From Macrostomum lignano (Eukaryota): DNA of 64,000 nucleotides. The stretch lies in assembly GCA_002269645.1 (NCBI GenBank), contig NIVC01001779.1, forward strand, positions 174,310-238,309, given 5' to 3'. Under the pieces are notes generated by a model, which was given only the letters and a program-made list of their open reading frames with translations, did not search any database and was not told the DNA's origin. The position numbers and the translations under genes are program-made. Within the stretch, counting starts at the first letter, position 1. The number at the start of each line of letters is the position of its first letter. Of this stretch, positions 52,200-64,000 are shown in pieces.

Positions 52200-53340
52200 G
52201 TGTCGTCTGTTGTCGTCTGTTGTCTGTTGTAGTTTAGTGTTGTCTGTTGTCGGTTGGTGTCGTCTGTTGTCGGTTGGTGTCGTCTGTTGTCGTTTGGTGT
52301 CGTCTGTTGTCGTTTGGTGTCGTCTGTTGTCGTTTGGTGTCGTCTGTTGTCGTTTGGTGTCGTCTGTTGTCGTTTGGTGTCGTCTGTTGTCGTTTGGTGT
52401 CGTCTGTTGTCGTTTGGTGTCGTCTGTTGTCGGTTGGTGTCGTCTGTTGTCGTTTGGTGTCGTCTGTTGTCGTTTGGTGTCGTCTGGTGTCGTTTGATTT
52501 CGTTTGCTGTCGTTTGGTGTCGTCTGTTGTCGGTTGGTGTCGTCTGTTGTCGCTTGGTGTCGTCTGTTGTCGTTTGGTGTCGTCTGTTGTCGTTTGGTGT
52601 CGTCTGTTGTCGTTTGGTGTCGTCTGTTGTCGTTTGGTGTCGTCTGGTGTCGGTTGGTGTCGTCTGGTGTCGGTTGGTGTCGTCTGTTGTCGTTTGGTGT
52701 CGTCTGTTGTCGTTTGGTGTCGTCTGTTGTCGTCTGTTGTCGTCTGTTCTCTGTTGTAGTTTAGTGTCGCCTGTTTTCGTCTGTTGTCTGTTGTCGTGGT
52801 GTCGTCTGTTGTCGTTTGGTGTCGTCTGTGGTCGGTTAGTGTCGTTAGTTGTCGCCTGTTGTCGTTTGTTGTCGTCTGTTGTCGCTTGGTGTCGTCTGTT
52901 GTCGTTTGGTGTCGTCTGTTGTCGTTTGGTGTCGTCTGTTGTCGTTTGGTGTCGTCTGTTGTCGTTTGGTGTCGTCTGTTGTCGGTTGGTGTCGTCTGTT
53001 GTCGTTTGGTGTCGTTTGGTGTCGGTTGGTGTCGTCTGGTGTCGGTTGGTGTCGTCTGTTGTCGTTTGGTGTCGTCTGTTGTCGTTTGGTGTCGTCTGTT
53101 GTCGTCTGTTGTCGTCTGTTCTCTGTTGTAGTTTAGTGTCGCCTGTTTTCGTCTGTTGTCTGTTGTCGTGGTGTCGTCTGTTGTCGTTTGGTGTCGTCTG
53201 TGGTCGGTTAGTGTCGTTAGTTGTCGCCTGTTGTCGTTTGTTGTCGTCTGTGGTCGGTTAGTGTCGTTAGTTGTCGCCTGTTGTCGTTTGTTGTCGTCTG
53301 TTGTCGGTTGGTGTCGTCTGGTGTCGTTTGATGTCGGTCG
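52200..53340. repeat. GT-rich 19-bp minisatellite (GTCGTCTGTTGTCGTTTGGT) with an internal ~370-bp duplication
   Basis: Read directly; begins 55 bp upstream of the GPCR ATG. Confidence 0.93.
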
Positions 53341-55195
53341 CTCGGTGTCGTCTCTTATTAATTTCTGTCGTTTGCTATCGGTTTCTGACGTTTTTTTTCA
53401 ACGGACAAATTTACAGCTACAAAGAATAGAAGCGAATTCTTTGCTTTTTATTCTGAAATCCATGGCTTTAGGGAGCGACAAACCGCTTGCGGATTGGTCT
53501 CTGCAGGCCGCACAACTGGGGAAGAGGGTTAACAGCGATTCACGTTGTGACTTCTTTTCTCACCTCCTCCTCTGCACCCCAGCACTGCAGTACCCGTAGC
53601 TACATAGCTGTGAATGCAACGAAGTTGTTCAAGCGATAATCAGGATTACGTGTGTAGATACGAGCCTGCGATTGAGTTAAGCCCTATGGAGCGATCATTT
53701 TATTTAGCAGCAGGACTGGAGGCTACTACATGCATGCGGAATAAATCCAGAAAAAATAGCTTCAAAGTAGACAGAAACTGAGACAAAAGACATGGTCTAA
53801 TGCCTTGAAGTCGTACAAGACAACGCGTGTCATAAAAGTGTCATAAAAGTATTAGAAAAACTCACGCGGCTAATCCTGCGGTTTAACAGATGTAAACAAA
53901 ACTTTCTTCTAACTTTTATTTAATAGGATTATTAAACTGCTCTCAATCAATCGACCTCTTTAGCTCGATCGAGTCGCAATGCTGATACGTTATGCACTCT
54001 ATCTGTGCAAGATCCGCAGAAAGACCCTTACAGCTTCATCTCATCGCATTCCCGTACTAATTTTATTTGAGGCTAGACTTCTATTCTCACACATTGACCA
54101 AATGCGGGTCGAAGTGCCAGGGAGAGGGAGAGGCCCAAGCTTTTCCTGTTGGAGAAAAAGAAACCTTATTTGGTCCGCGATTTGGACTCTACCGCGTGCC
54201 CAGTTTTCAAATTCCACTTCGACACGCTTCTCCGCAGATTGTTTGGACTGTGACGAATAAATAAACTCATCTGCTACGACCCGGATCAGATCCTGTCATA
54301 TTCTCAATTGATGGATGAGTGATGGCAACTTTTTTTCTTATTATTTCATGCCGAACTTCTGATTTTCCACTCAGATGATTTTGATAAATAAATAAAGCTA
54401 GATGAGTTGTGGAGATTAATCTTCGAGTAAATAATGATAATAATTAATTAAAAGTGCAAGAGCGCTTGGGACGGGTTGTCGCTGCAAAATTAATTAGTCA
54501 TCGGAGTATCAAGTCAGTTGGATGCTTTTGCACTAAACTTCCACCCTCTCTCACCTTTTGCAACTTCTCTCAAGTGTTTTTTCCTAAGATTTTTCTTTGT
54601 AAGTTGATCCAAATAAGTACATATAAGTCCAAAAGAGGATTGCGGAAAAAACATCGAGCCGTATAGTTGTTTTCGCTACGCAGAAGCCATAATAAAAAAG
54701 GTATGACGACTACAGAGACATTGTATCATTTCATTCTTCTTTTATTCGGTAGTTCAATTTTCATCTAGTAAAACTGTCTCTGTTTGCTTTATATGCGATG
54801 AAGCATGACTTTCTCGGGAGCTGAATATATCATAAAAATCTTCCGGATCTATAAATAACTACTTTAGAATGCATGTGTTTATTTCCTGAACATAGAGCTA
54901 GAAATTCTCTAATAACTTCTGTTAGTGACATACGCTCGTGCAATAGTCTATGGCCGCTGCGCCTCCCTCATCCCTTCCTAATATATAAGTGTCCTACCTT
55001 CATAATCTTGTTACAACCCCCGCTAACATTAATGTGGTCCTAAAGCCAAATAAACAAGCAAAGCAAGATACGAGCTTCGTTATTCATCAAGCACTAGAGT
55101 TGCCATCAGAGCATCACAGTTAGTCTCTTAAATGTTTTAAAAAATATGAACTTTATTTGGAGTGGCTGGAAAATTTTTGTGTCTTCGTTGGCACT

Positions 55196-55978
55196 AGTGT
55201 CTCTTGGTGGGCGCTCCGTCTCTTGGTGGGCGCCCCTGTTTCTTGGTGGGCGCATTGTCTCTAGGTGGGCGCCCCTGTCTCTTGGTGGGCGCCCCTGTTT
55301 CTTGGTGGGCGCATTGTCTCTAGGTGGGCGCCCCTGTCTCTTGGTGGGCGCCCCTGTTTCTTGGTGGGCGCATTGTCTCTAGGTGGGCGCCCCGTCTCTT
55401 GGTGGGCGCCCCTGTCTCTTGGTGGGCGCTCCGTCTCTTGGTGGGCGCCCCTGTTTCTTGGTGGGCGCATTGTCTCTAGGTGGGCGCCCCTGTCTCTTGG
55501 TGGGCGCTCCGTCTCTTGGTGGGCGCCCCTGTTTCTTGGTGGGCGCATTGTCTCTAGGTGGGCGCCCCTGTCTCTTGGTGGGCGCCCCTGTTTCTTGGTG
55601 GGCGCATTGTCTCTAGGTGGGCGCCCCTGTCTCTTGGTGGGCGCCCCTGTTTCTTGGTGGGCGCATTGTCTCTAGGTGGGCGCCCCTGTCTCTTGGTGGG
55701 CGCCCCTGTTTCTTGGTGGGCGCATTGTCTCTAGGTGGGCGCCCCTGTCTCTTGGTGGGCGCCCCTGTCTCTTGGTGCGCGCCCCGTCTTTTCGTGGGCG
55801 CCCCTGTTTCTTGGTGGGCGCCCCGTCTCTTGGTGGGCGCCCCTGTTTTTTCGTAGGCGCAGTGTCTCTAGGTGGGCGCCCCTGTCTCTTGGTGGGCGCC
55901 CCTGTCTCTTGGTGGGCGCCCCGTCTCTTGGTGGGCGCCCCCGTCTCTTGGTGGGCGCCCCGTCTCTTGGTGGGCATC
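55196..55978. repeat. 19-21-bp GC-rich minisatellite (TCTTGGTGGGCGCCCCTGT and variants)
   Basis: Read directly; shares GGCGCCCCTG with the 15-mer family. Confidence 0.93.
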
Positions 55979-56969
55979 GTGTCTCCATCGACGATGTCAA
56001 CATTGGATTAGACGTATATCTACTACTGTAGTAGCTTTATTCAGCAATTGGCAAGGTGAGATTCTCAATTTATAGCCAAAAAAACCTGAAAACTTTCTGA
56101 CGCGGATTTGGTGGCAAAAGTGCAATTACTAGTGCAGAATCATTCTACTTTAATGGTGCATGGACGCGTCAGAATACCTGGATTTATTTGAAACAATCGT
56201 CAGCAATTCAAATTTAAAATTGATGAGTTGCAACTTTATGAGTTTGAAAGTTAAAAGCAAGTTTAAACAAATGCATCAAGAAATCAAATTTCGAGCTAAA
56301 GTTGCAGCTTAACTTAATCTTCTCATGGCAGTCACTTTAATAATTTTAACAAAATTTATATCCACCAAGTTAATTTAATACTTTGTGTTGCTAGCAATCA
56401 AATTGAAAATCGCAGTCTGATGAGGACGCACTTTTTCCCAAATCCCGCGCTAGCACATGGGCTCTAAACTTACTTGCCTACTGACAGTGGACAAGGGGCA
56501 TTTTTATCCTTTTTCTGCAAATTGTCATAGAATCTATACTAGATATAATGTCTGGCCATACTAGTAGTCATAATAACATAGGCGTAGCTTTTTGGGTCGT
56601 AAATCATCGCTTCCGAAGTTGGTCTCACAGCCACCTGCGCCTCACTCAGTGTTGAGACGGGCGCCAGATGGTCTGAGAGGATGCGGGCGGTAGCTTTTTT
56701 CTCATCATTTTGACAGGCCATCAAGATTTATGAGGTCAGAGCCTATTGTTCGGATTCACTCAAGCGTGTGACAGCTTTGACAGCTATGCGTTTTACCCCT
56801 GAAAGTACTTTGGGATTAGCGATTAGCGATTTCTCTTCATTATCTTCACTTTCTATTTAATAAGAGCTTTCTAATGTATATTTTTTCATTAATTTCTGTC
56901 AATCCTACGCGAAAAGTCATAAATCATTTTGTTGCGATTTTGAGTGATTTATGGCCGCACCTGTCATCT

Positions 56970-58432
56970 TTTTACGACCCTGTGGGAACTGATAGGATCT
57001 CTCGGTCACGTGATTCTGGGTAGCAACAAGCTTAGCCAATCAGAAAATTCGGCGCTCATTTTAACAAAACGGCTCAGCCAATCAGAATCGACGTGTTCCG
57101 TTATAACAAACTGCGGTCCAGTTGGCGGCTATTTAAACCGGAGTTTTTGGCCCGCTCGGACCAACTCTTGCTCGGGTCCAGCACGCAACTTCTGGTTCCC
57201 GGAGCGCGACCGTCGTTTCTTGATCCCCGGATTGCGACTTCCCCCCATCATCATCAAGGACGAGTCCCCCGGTCGTCAGCAGCGAACATCAAACGAAGAT
57301 CACCACCTGCTAGCTATCAGCGAAGATTGTATCAGCATCATCCCGAGTCTACAGCTACAGAGCATCAAGCCGATTCGGTCACTGTGGATTACCTGGTCTC
57401 CGGCTGTTGAGTTTCTGATTTGTTGGGTGAGAGGCTACCTAGACTTGCTTGATTGGGTGATTCCCTGTCTGTCCCCTGTTTCAGTAGCTGGATTAGGCGC
57501 ACACTTTTGCTCATTTTGTTCAGTGGTGCTGGTACTGAGGCAGAAATCACTTAATAATACTGCTAGTAGTCTGAAACTCCAATTCAATCTGAGGTGTGAA
57601 GTGATTTAAGGAGAAGGCTAAATCTGACAGTTATTTTTATCGGTTTTATTTCTTTGTTCGCCGATGGCTCAGATGAGTAGCTAAGCTAGTAGGCGCCGGT
57701 CACAGTGGGCCAATGGCAAGGCAGTTCTCAGTCGATCAATCAATCAAATCAGTGAGCAAAACTGCCAGAAGTGCAGAATCGGCGCCAGAGATGTACTTTG
57801 TGCACTCTAGGTTCGCCAAGCGGCTCGGGTAATGAATCATGCGGTCTCTGAAGTTCGAGTTAGTCTATCATCAGCGCTATGAGAGGCTAGTTGGCGCGTT
57901 GAAGGCCAAAAGTACATATCTTCGTATTTAGCAATGTAATAGTACATGTAGCTACCCCATAGACTCGCCACTGCAAGAATCCCCTGCACAAGTCCCCTCT
58001 GTACCTGCATGGCCAATGCGATCTAGTCCCAGCAGTGTCCCTTATCATCGGCTATGACTTCGAGATTGACAGCAAAAAGACACTAGTTGGCAGGTAAGTG
58101 CAAAGCCCCTTCTAGTCGGAAGCCCGATTTCGAGAGTCCCGGTGTGGTGAGCCAGGACGCACGGGCTGGTGGCAGCGAGTTAGCTTAGTCTGCGGTTTAG
58201 CTAATTTCTACCTTCAAAATTCTCCCTGCTTGTCTCTCGCTGTCCCTCTCTTAGCTATAGGACCTAGACTGCTCGCCACACGATCAAGCTACCATGGGGC
58301 TGACCATCTGACAGGAGTGGGGGGCCAGGACTCTAATTGATTTATTTCTGAGGCCTGAGGCCCGAAGGCTTCCTAACAAGGAGCCCGAAGGTCGAAACCC
58401 ATCAAGTCTAAATAAAGTGTCAGGGCCTATTT
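56970..58432 (+). mobile_element. Possible solo LTR or other promoter-bearing transposon fragment
   Basis: GC-richer block with an internal promoter module near its start and AATAAAGTGTCA at its end. No TSD, PBS or coding domain confirmed. Confidence 0.25.
57005..57137 (+). promoter_or_regulatory. Pol II promoter-like module: E-box, two AGCCAATCAG boxes, TATA-like TATTTAAA
   Basis: GTCACGTGA 57005-57013; AGCCAATCAG 57034-57043 and 57076-57085; TATTTAAA 57130-57137. No downstream gene recognised. Confidence 0.45.
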
Positions 58433-59976
58433 GAAACCTCTGTCGCCTGTCTCTGCCACTTAGCTGATGAAATTTACAACTACAAATTCAATTCCACAAA
58501 AGCTCCTGACGAGTATTTGACGTCAAGACAACTCATTTTAACGGGCCGGGTCATTTCGTCAAGACAGTTTTCAAAAAAGGTCAGGTCAGACCTCACGTCA
58601 CGTAAAAGACATTGTTTGCTCAGGTTCTGTTTTTTTAATGATTTCTTCTCAGCTACTTGAGCTCCTTTTGCTGGATATAATAGTTGGACTTGAGGTGAGA
58701 TGTCCGGAGTACACTGACAACTGACAAACACCAAATACTCGTAAAATGCCAATAGCTATTTCGTCAAGTAGAAAATTTTGACGAACTGTCCATTAGAGAA
58801 TTGTTTGTCAGAGTTGGTTTAAAAATATCACTAGTAGACAACGAACTTTAAACAATTTGGCTAAAATCTTTTGGCTCAATCTTTTTTTGTCATCAATTAA
58901 AGAGCTACTGTCAGTTTTGATATCAATACGGGTTTGACTTGCCTTGCCATTTAAAACAAACGAAAAACCCAGATTGTGGGTTGAAGTTTCAAGCTTTAAA
59001 AAATTTCGGCGAGATGAACTATCAAAGCTGACGCATCGTTTTGCAAGCATTGTTGTTTTCAAACTTTTTTTCGAGTATATCTTTTTTAAATTATATTTTG
59101 CTAAAATGCATTTCATACTACTTACGACTGATGAATATTAGTACAAAAATTGATTTCTTGTCAACGTAAAAAATGTGGATAAGGACAAAATTATCAGTAG
59201 TAGACAAACGATTTAGGAGAAAATCTATTCTGAATGGTATGGCCCTCTTAAAGAATTTCGGGTGGCAGTCAAGTGGAGGAAGTGGATGACTGCAGTCTTA
59301 GAAAAGGCGTTTAGCATCACCGGTTTTTGAAAGAATCTTTGAGGCCGCGGCGACACCACCGGATATTTAGTGAATGTCATCATTGTTCAGTCGTAGCACC
59401 CTCTTTTTATAAAAAAACAGCTTTTGTGAGTTTTTGAATCATTTGAAATAGCGTTTTACCTTGCATGTATCGATATCCTGTAGCAGAGCTTATTAAACTA
59501 TTAAAAGTGTTTTAAGATTCACAGAGCAGTTTACGCGAGTATAAAACTGGTTTGTATGTATTTTTGAGATTATTAAGAAAAACAAATAGGCTATCGACTT
59601 GATCAGTTTGCGATTTGAGCATTTTTGACTGCGACCTAAGCCTTAAATCAGTCAGTATTGAACGAGATTAATTTGGGTAAGGGCATATTAAATAAAGTAC
59701 GATATAACAAATGTAGATAAAACGCTGGAAATGTTGAATTAAAGCAGAAATATTTCAACTCAGCTAAATAGGCACAGTAGATACAAACAATATCAACTCG
59801 CATCGCAACAAGTGTGCATATTTGCCTGGAAGAACAAAAAAGTGTTAAAAGCCAGAATAACGAAACTCGGTGAATTTAAAACAAATTTAATTTCAACAGA
59901 ATTTTAAAACTGAAAAAAACCGAAGACATTGTCTTGAAAAGCGAAGTGCTGGTGCATGACTAGACAAGATTTCAAC

Positions 59977-60415
59977 TCAGCGGAATCGTCCTGCACCTGC
60001 AGTGAGCAGGAAGAGCGGATCAGGTGACGATTCGACACCAGCAGGAAGTGGGGCGGCAGGTTGCGTCAGCTGCTGCTGCGGTGGCTGCTCCAGCGTCAAA
60101 GGTCCCGGAGCTGCCGTCTGCTGACACCAGCTAGAGACAGTGGTGCCGCTGGTATTGGCGTTCTCAGGCCCGCTAGTGCTGTTATTGTTGCTGTCACCGC
60201 ATGGTGACAAGCTGAGTTTGTTCCTGGCACAGATGGAGGCCGCTGGATAGCCGTAGATCCTGGCGTGCAACTGCTGCAGCCAGCGCTCCACTTGTTCGTC
60301 GTTGGCGAAGATGCTGCAGAACCGACCGTCGAACAGTTCCACAGGGATGCAGTGCATCAGGGCTTCCCGGCCGAGGTCGTGATCGCAGATTCGGATAAAT
60401 GTGGTAATGACGTAT
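59977..60415 (-). CDS. CNOT9: Divergent CNOT9/RCD1 paralogue, exon 2
   Basis: AA|A splice gives KYVITTFIRICDHDLGREALMHCIP...VERWLQQL (human [25 protein letters not shown]...KRWLAQL). CATCAG acceptor at 60416; low-complexity tail. Confidence 0.85.
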
Positions 60416-61117
60416 CTGATGAGGATTAAAATACGATGATGGGTCTGCTGGGAATCTACGTTGAGACTGAAGGTAAAATCAACACACCCTCTGATGATAC
60501 TGGAGGTTGTAACATCAGTGCATGACTAGCAGTCAGCGCCCCCCCCCCCGTTGGGGAGCCAAAAAATGCAGTAAAAGTTTTTAATAAACTACATGTAGCG
60601 TCTCATTGCAGCAGCCTCAGCAATCCCTTGTAAGCCTTGACATCTCAGCAATTCTCCCCCATAATCCTTAAAATATCAACTTTCCCCCTCAACATCTCAG
60701 CGATGACCCCAATAAGTCTTGAAATCTTAAAAAATCTCCTGTCAACCTTCTAACCTTAACCCTAACCCTAAAGCATTGAAATTTCAGTAATTCTCCCCAA
60801 GAGAATAGCATTAGCATTACATCATTATAGCGATTCCCTCCAAGCCGTCGACATCGTAGTGACTCCAAAATGAATCTCTTAACTTCAACATGACGCTTCT
60901 TTGATCAGCGACCCCCGTGAGGAGCCAACAAATAATTTGATAAAAAGTTTTGAATAAACTACATTTAGCTTCTGACTTTAGCCTTGACATCTCAGTTATT
61001 CCCCCGTGAGCATTGAGCATTGAGACAGCAACTATTCCCCCCGTAAGCTTTGATTTAAAATTCAAAGCCATCCTAAAACCGATAAGAAAGAATTCAATCT
61101 CTAATGGATTGACTTAC

Positions 61118-61998
61118 TTGAAAACTCGTTTAGACTGGTCGCTAAAATCTGACAGAAACTTTCTCTCTAGCCGGATTACCAATCGTCCCATCGCCCACAG
61201 CAGCTCTCTGAAGCGGTCGTAACTGTGGCACAGGTAGTTCAACACATCGTCACAGCCTAGAAAGCTCATGAGGATCTTTAGCGCCATCGACCGGCCAACC
61301 TCGGAGATGCACTCGCCCAGACAGAAGGTGACTAGACGGAGGAGGTCGCCTCTGGTTGGCTGTAGGTGCTGCAACAACTGCTGCGGCTCCTGACGCTGGC
61401 AGACGGTCAGAATTAGCGACAAGGTGCAGATTCTCAGGTGCTCAGTGTCGCGAGTTTTCCCTACAACGCCCAGGAAAGGGAAGAAGAGGCGCAGAGTGCC
61501 GGACTCCAGGAACGGCTGTCGGGTGCGCCTGTCAATGACCAGACGCTGCTGCAGTGCCGCCACAGAGCAGAGCAGATGCACACCTTGGCTGTCCAGGTGC
61601 GGCGGATGAATGTCCGGATACAGCCGAACAGTCTCCATCACCAGCATAGCCAGCACACCTGGAGTGCACCACAGCAGACAGGCCAAATCCGGTATGATGT
61701 CGGACTTCTTGCAAAGTTCAATAATAGCTGAATATCGCCTAGTATTGTCGGCTAGATCGGCCAGGGACATTGCCCAGTCCAACTGCTGCTGCTGCTGTTC
61801 TTGCAGCTGCTGATAGGCAAATTCTGAGCCGTCGAAAGTTTCCCCGACTGGACTGTCTGTCGCCCCGTTGTACAGAATGTCCTGCTGCATCAGGGGCACG
61901 GAAGCTGAGTTGGTAAAGTCGCAATAACCCCTGCTCCATTCGATATCATACGATGCCTGGTGTGAGTGCTGCATCGGGTGGTCGGAAAGGTCAGCCAT
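61118..61998 (-). CDS. CNOT9: Divergent CNOT9/RCD1 (CAF40) paralogue, exon 1; full model ~439 aa
   Basis: ELCKKSDIIPDLACLLW...LYPDIHPPHL...FPFLGVVGKTR...YLCHSYDRF aligns to human ELSKKRESVPDLAPMLW...IYPSINPPTL...YPFLHTVSKTR...YICQTYERF. GTAAGT donor at 61117, phase 2. Confidence 0.88.
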
Positions 61999-62751
61999 GT
62001 CTCGCTTTCTGTCTCTCCGTTGGCAGTCTGTCTAGATTTGATGCGCCAGGCTCTACTTATAAATCATCGGAGACCAGATGACTCATACACCTATTCAATA
62101 ACTTCACTGTACGAGCTACTCTTCCCAGACTTGAATGTTGAGAGAAAAGGCAAAGTCAGTGAGCGTACACTGAAATGTACACAATCGCTCATCGATATTT
62201 CTTGTCATTGGCTATCACTTTGTACAGTTGCCTTTTCGCTACACCTGTGAGTTCTGTTGTATCCGATATAATCGTGTGCAAATAACAGAAACGGAGATTA
62301 TATTCATGTGTGTAAGTAGTCGCGTTGAAATTAAAATACCCTCTTGCATAACCAATTAGTCAGTGAGTCAAAATAAAAGTCTTCATCATACGAACTAATT
62401 TTATCAGCATGAAATACAGTACATATCCAAGTCAAAACAGAGTGGCCAACAACTTTGTTTTACATACATACTTTTTAGAAATAACTTAGCGCTTTATCCT
62501 TTGCTTGTAGGCCTGCTATAATTTCTAGTGTTGAAACTATAAATAAATAGATATATTTAGACTGTCAGCATCTGAGTCTGTCTAGAAATCACACCGTTAA
62601 TCACCTAAATGTAGGAGTAAATGGATTCATAAAGAAAACATGCAAACGAATAGTTTATCTTTAAACTTGTCAGTGTCGTTACAAAAATCTGATTGCAGTT
62701 TCTTTCTGATACAATTTAAAGAACTGATGGAAAAGTTTTATCCAATCTTTT

Positions 62752-63312
62752 TTATGGAGATTGGTGGCAGACCGTTGAAGCCTCGTCGAATGTCCCCAAC
62801 GCTGGGTATGGTGACAGGAGCCAGCTTATTGAAGTCGCAAAGTCTGGCTCGAGTTGCGCAGCGGATATTGCTGTACAGCAATGACTGCTGCTGCTGCTGT
62901 TGTTGTTGTTGCTGCTGCTGGTGTAGCGTCTCTGCGTTAGTGTACTCGCCTCGGGGGCGGTGGCGAACGAGTTGTACCTCTCGGTTAGGTTTCTGAAGCT
63001 GAGCTGTTGCTTGCCTTTAAGTTCGGAGTCTACTACAGCTCGTCCAACCGTAAGCTTTGGCAAAGAGACGGTCGCCGGCTGAGGCGGCGGTTACCGTTCT
63101 CAGAGTCGGCAGCTGGCTTCGCTGTCTGTGCTTGTGCTGGTCGGTTCGATTGCTACTGCATCTGCTTGAAAGATATGTCAGCCGGTGAGCTTGAGTCGTC
63201 TCACCAGAGGCAGCAAGGCTTCCGCTGCGGCTGTTGCCGCTGAGGTAGTTAGAGTACCACTTGGGAAAGCGAAAGGCTCCGTCATTTGTTGAGGCAGAGC
63301 CAGGATGTTCAT
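62752..63312 (-). CDS. Possible small orphan two-exon gene (63312..63205, 63078..62752), 144 aa, low complexity
   Basis: The ATG at 63312 and ORF 62752..63063 share a frame. The three intervening stops all lie between a phase-0 GTGAGA donor and a phase-0 CCTCAG acceptor. No homology recognised. Confidence 0.3.
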
Positions 63313-64000
63313 TTTTTGATCCTTATCGACTGTGAGTTTTGTCTCCTGAGAAAAGCAGAGTTCTCATTCAAACTGGCTGTCTGCTCCTTCTTATCTAGTT
63401 TGAACTGTCTGCTTTTGGTCGACTGTCTATCAAAAAGCAAGCTTTAACTGCACTAACCTCCTACCCCTAATCGCCTATGCGTCTCTGGTTGCCGATAGAT
63501 ACAATTACCAACTAATCTGTTTCGAAAGAAAATGGCGAATAGATACCAGAGAGGCCCAAGGAGAGACAGCAAGAAAAAAGATCGACATAGGCCAGCGCGA
63601 CCCCGCGCTTAGGGGCAACACAGATTGCCTAAAATAGCTCGTAACAAATTAACTATTCAGTTAACGAAGTTGTTTGCGAACTCTCTCCACCAGCACTATG
63701 CCGGTAAGTCCGCATACAGGAAAGGCAAGAGAGCAGCTTAACCGTACACGTGGTCACTACAAGATGGACCATCACTTCCTTTGTTAGCCAATGCCAGAAT
63801 CTGGATATTAATCACCTACTTCAGACTATGGAATTCTTGCCGGTTGCATGTAGCATCCATTGAAATGTACAATAAATCTTAAATTTGACTGAATGTTACA
63901 AACTGAAAACTTCAGCGGCTTACCCCTTACCCTTCTTATATTTATGTGTATTTCAATTAGCAAAGCATGCAAATATTACATTGGCGCGTTGAGTTGTAAT

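Noticed and set aside
56410-58520. CTGATGA/CTGACGA and CGAAAC motifs as possible hammerhead ribozymes
   Set aside because: I could not find the two core halves at compatible spacing with pairing stems; an Infernal search would be needed.
58719-58817. Nested imperfect inverted repeats (CAACTGACAAACA and TTCGTCAA pairs)
   Set aside because: Too short and degenerate to define an element; no TSD seen.
60750-60772. TAACCTTAACCCTAACCCTAA telomere-like motif
   Set aside because: Only 2-3 imperfect units; expected by chance.
60555-61060. Degenerate ~360-bp duplication inside the CNOT9 intron
   Set aside because: Old and low-identity; ordinary intronic turnover.

Overview
Eukaryotic (invertebrate animal) genomic DNA. 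The repeat-laden introns and divergent proteins resemble a free-living flatworm such as Macrostomum, but that is an inference. About 30% of the window (my rough sum, ~20 kb) is micro/minisatellite, and most long ORFs in the supplied track are translations of these arrays. Five recognisable host genes, all on the minus strand, were spliced by hand: (1) the 5' part of endophilin-B, with a GC-AG intron; (2) kindlin/FERMT (3 exons, 784 aa); (3) a divergent ankyrin-repeat TRP channel with TRPM-type segments, an apparently degenerate pore and a 1-nt frameshift; (4) a SIFamide/NPFF-receptor-like GPCR (5 exons over 22 kb); (5) a strongly diverged CNOT9/RCD1 paralogue. There are also one or two orphan ORFs. 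Mobile DNA comprises a 5'-truncated RNase H-bearing non-LTR retrotransposon flanked by a 1,041-bp direct duplication, two tRNA-derived CORE-type SINE copies, a TA-flanked 500-bp MITE, a foldback-like pair of inverted minisatellite arrays, and a possible solo LTR. No prokaryotic features or CRISPR arrays are present.
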